Shown: positions 1-1,483 of the stretch, one piece after another
Position numbering within the stretch: the first letter of the stretch is position 1
Layout: each line of letters opens with the position of its first letter
Assembly (NCBI GenBank): GCA_000004985.1
Contig: GG739407.1
Length of the DNA stretch: 1,483 nt
Source of the DNA: Naegleria gruberi
Lineage: Eukaryota
Strand: one strand, 5' to 3'
Program-made: the position numbers and the translations under genes
The notes under the pieces: generated by a model
Seen by the model: only the letters and a program-made list of their open reading frames with translations
Told to the model about the DNA's origin: nothing
Database searches by the model: none

Positions 1-186
1 ATCTGACATGTCTTTGTTGAGGTTCATCTCATTTATGAAAGTTAGAATGACCTGTGAAAGGAAGACGAGGAGAATGGATATTTTGTGTTGTAATAACACA
101 TTTACAGTTACAATCCAGAATTTAAGATCCTTTAGGAGTCGATTAGATCAGCAGCGGAATTAAAGGACGATGAAGATAATTCCCCA

Positions 187-689
187 ATGATGAGAACAAC
201 AGCCTTAGAAGAAGTGAATGATGTTGCTGATGAAGAAAAGGATCAAGAAACCAAAGATGCATCATCTTCCGAAGTGAATATTGTTGAGGAAGAAGAACAA
301 GAACAAGAAATTCAAAAGGAAGAAAAGAAGACGCCACAAAAGGTTACTCCCTTGCCATGGGGTAAATAATTTGTCGTCTTTTTCATCTATTTGTGTGATA
401 GTTTGAGTTATACGTCACTCATGCCATATATTACATTCATGATTTCTGATTTTAATCTGACAGAGAATCCAACAGAGTATGGATATTATGTGGGATTGGT
501 TGCATCTGCATACTTTTTATCTCAGTTCATTAGCTCATTCTTTTGGGGAACTATTTCGGATAGTATTGGAAGAAAACCTGTTTTACTTTTTGGAACTTTC
601 TTTGGTGCAATTTGCGGATTAATGTTTGGGTTTTCTAAATGGTTGTGGTGGGCATGTGGTTGCAGATTTTTGTTTGGTTTATTGAATGG
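187..689 (+). CDS. MFS transporter (ZIF1/ZIFL-like subfamily), exon 1; needs TAA(367-369)=Gln read-through; ends in phase 2
   Basis: ATG-ATG at 187/190 is the first in-frame ATG after the TGA at 55-57. Frame 1 encodes an acidic N-terminal tail (MMRTTALEEVNDVADEEKDQE...EEEEQEQEIQKEEKK), then TPLPWGK-[TAA]-FVVFFIYLCDSLSYTSLMPYITFMISDF (TM1). It continues into TM2 YGYYVGLVASAYFLSQFISSFFWG and MFS motif A GTISDSIGRKPVLLFG, then TM3 TFFGAICGLMFGFS and TM4 WWACGCRFLFGLLNG. From memory, this matches Arabidopsis ZIF1 (...LPISSLYPFLYYMIEDF...FWGIVADRYGRKPIILLG...RFLLGSFNCLLG...). The exon ends at GG|GTATGT. The start codon assignment is less certain than the coding call. Confidence 0.78.
289..309 (+). 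repeat. imperfect 21-nt direct repeat encoding an EEEQ(E/D)QE acidic motif; second copy at 1148-1168
   Basis: GAAGAAGAACAAGAACAAGAA (289-309, frame 1, EEEQEQE in the N-terminal tail) against GAAGAAGAGCAAGATCAAGAG (1148-1168, frame 2, EEEQDQE in the central cytoplasmic loop). 18 of 21 nt are identical, and both copies lie in predicted cytoplasmic segments. Confidence 0.5.
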
Positions 690-756
690 GTATGTTAACT
701 GTTCCACACTTTGAATTTATTGTACTATTTAATGAACTCAATTTCTTGGAAATTAG
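690..756 (+). other. spliceosomal intron 1 (67 nt, GTATGT...AAATTAG), phase 2
   Basis: There is a GTATGT donor at 690-695 and no AG anywhere inside until TAG at 754-756. The intron is about 27% GC against about 37% in the flanking exons, and it contains the in-frame TGA (712-714) that ends track ORF 391..714. Removing it joins GG+T into Gly and gives ...RFLFGLLNG-NLGVVKSYLGEITD... This is collinear with ZIF1 ...RFLLGSFNCLLGTMKAYASEIF... with no gap. Confidence 0.72.
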
Positions 757-1384
757 TAATTTAGGAGTTGTTAAAAGTTATTTGGGAGAAATCACTGATA
801 GTACCAATCAAGCAAGAGCATTCTCATTGACCAGTATTACATTTGGTTTGGCATCTGTACTTGGGCCAGTGTTGGGTGGTCTGTTTTCGAGACCACATCA
901 ACAATATCCCGATTTTATCATACTCTTCCCAGAGTGGATACAAGATTTCGTTATTCGATTCCCTTACGTTTTACCAAGTTTTTTCATTTTCTGCTTTTAC
1001 ATAGTTGCATTCGTGTTGGGTTGTTTGAAATTAGAGGAGGCCAATAAGAATACCTGGTATTATAGAAGGTTTATTGCTAAAGAGATAGTTGATAATATTG
1101 ATAAGGAAACTTCCAAAACCAAATTAATATCATCAAATAATGAACTAGAAGAAGAGCAAGATCAAGAGCCAATTATTGTTAAGAAATCCATGTTACAGAA
1201 ATTCAAGAATAAGTTTAACAACTTCAAAAGTCATGAAATGTTATCATCTCCTATTCCATTGCTGACATGTTTCCTCTACTTGATGTTGGGATCGAAACAA
1301 ATCTTATTTGATGAATGTTTACCTCTCTTTTCATTACACCAAAAGAGTTGGGAGGATTAGGATTATCTTCATATCATCTTGGTT
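757..1384 (+). CDS. MFS transporter exon 2 (TM4 end through TM7 and the start of the TM7-TM8 loop); contains a -1 frame discontinuity at about 1337-1351
   Basis: Frame 2 (track ORF 686..1360) encodes NLGVVKSYLGEITDSTNQARAFSLTSITFGLASVLGPVLGGLFSRP (TM5). It continues with HQQYPDFIILFPEWIQDFVIRFPYVLPSFFIFCFYIVAFVLGCL (TM6), a long basic/acidic central loop (KLEEANKNTWYYRRFIAKEIVDNIDKETSK...ELEEEQDQEPIIVKKSMLQKFKNKFNNFKSHEM), and LSSPIPLLTCFLYLMLGSKQILFDECLPLFSLHQK (TM7). From about 1342 the protein-like continuation is in frame 1: KELGGLGLSSYHLG. This matches the conserved ...SPRKYGGLSYSTNEVG... block of ZIF1-like proteins, whereas frame 2 hits TAG at 1358-1360. The exon is taken to end at the GTAAGT donor at 1385. 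Confidence 0.7.
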
Positions 1385-1458
1385 GTAAGTTTACAATTTT
1401 TGTAATTCTATAGAAATTAACTTTTACTTTCACATTTCAATAATTAACATGCAAATAG
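1385..1458 (+). other. candidate spliceosomal intron 2 (74 nt, GTAAGT...AAATAG); alternative acceptor at 1412-1413 would give a 29-nt intron
   Basis: A strong GTAAGT donor sits at 1385-1390. The following segment is about 20% GC and has TAA/TAG in all three frames (1386, 1403, 1418, 1441, 1445, 1456, 1459...). Using the acceptor AG at 1457-1458 joins T(1384)+TA(1459-60) into Leu and gives ...SSYHLG-LTGGFLGLS..., matching the ZIF1 spacing ...NEVGTVLAISGLGL.... Using the first AG (1412-1413) instead gives ...HLG-Q-INFYFHISIINMQIVTGGFLGL, which is open but less TM-like. Confidence 0.4.
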
Positions 1459-1483
1459 TAACTGGTGGATTTTTAGGATTATC
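1459..1483 (+). CDS. MFS transporter exon 3 (start of TM8), continues beyond the window
   Basis: After the proposed splice the reading is L-T-G-G-F-L-G-L-(S). This Gly-rich hydrophobic stretch is typical of MFS TM8, and there is no stop before the window ends. The call depends on the intron-2 model. Confidence 0.35.

Noticed and set aside
143-337. Minus-strand 64-aa ORF (MASSFLPFEFLVLVLLPQQ...)
   Set aside because: It is antisense to the GAA/GAG-rich acidic coding segment of the plus-strand gene. Reverse-complementing poly-Glu codons gives stop-free Leu/Phe/Ser-rich frames automatically. It has no domain-like features and overlaps a well-supported CDS.
364-370. AAA-TAA-T resembling the Euplotes +1 programmed frameshift motif
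   Set aside because: A +1 shift reads NLSSFSSICVIV and then TGA. It never returns to the frame that encodes the conserved SLMPYITFMISDF. Reading TAA as a sense codon in the original frame gives a perfect TM1, so stop reassignment fits better than frameshifting.
362-407. Possible intron (GTAAAT at 362 to AG at 400-401 or 406-407) removing the TAA
   Set aside because: The resulting intron lengths of 40 and 46 nt put the downstream exon out of frame with the conserved MPYITFMISDF block. Splicing would also delete most of TM1, which read-through supplies intact.
690-695. Hemiascomycete-yeast origin suggested by the GTATGT donor
   Set aside because: There is no TACTAAC branch box. There are at least two introns in 1.3 kb of CDS, which is atypical for budding yeasts, and the in-frame TAA in a conserved helix argues for a stop-reassigned code.
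522-707. Minus-strand 61-aa ORF
   Set aside because: It is antisense to the conserved TM2-TM4 region of the MFS gene and has a Pro/Asn/Lys-rich low-complexity composition, so it is an ORF-finder artefact.
391-714. Track ORF 391..714 as an independent gene with its own start and TGA stop
   Set aside because: Its 'start' is a TTG (391-393) lying mid-helix in TM1. Its TGA stop (712-714) sits inside the GTATGT...TAG intron. It is an internal segment of exon 1, not a separate gene.
1354-1483. GGATTAGGATTA tandem hexamer (1354-1365) and recurrence of TAGGATTATC at 1358-1367 and 1474-1483
   Set aside because: Both encode Gly-Leu-Gly-Leu-Ser-like stretches of adjacent TM-flanking segments using the same preferred codons (GGA, TTA). 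They are best explained by codon bias on a G/L-rich protein motif rather than a DNA-level repeat element.
1-1483. Prokaryotic operon, defence-system, mobile-element or CRISPR interpretation
   Set aside because: No Shine-Dalgarno-spaced starts, no repeat-spacer arrays, and no inverted terminal repeats. The ORFs are collinear fragments of one protein separated by GT...AG introns, so this is a eukaryotic nuclear gene.

Overview
This window is eukaryotic and AT-rich (coding about 36-38% GC, introns about 25%). It carries the 5' two-thirds of one plus-strand gene for a 12-TM major facilitator superfamily (MFS) transporter of the ZIF1/ZIFL-like (plant zinc-induced facilitator / fungal YCR023C-like) subfamily. 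The six-frame track splits this gene into three ORFs (187..369, 391..714, 686..1360). The splits come from (i) an in-frame TAA at 367-369 in the middle of predicted TM1 and (ii) a 67-nt GTATGT...TAG spliceosomal intron at 690..756. Reading TAA as a sense codon (Gln, as in the ciliate nuclear code, translation table 6) restores a continuous TM1 that aligns with homologues, so the most likely source is a ciliate or another TAA/TAG=Gln eukaryote. Near the 3' end the reading frame jumps by -1 at a short A4 homopolymer (1337-1351). A second GTAAGT-initiated AT-rich intron (1385..1458, or alternatively 1385..1413) probably follows, and the CDS continues past the end of the window. Both minus-strand ORFs are antisense artefacts. 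There are no RNA genes, mobile elements, CRISPR arrays or prokaryotic-style operon structure.
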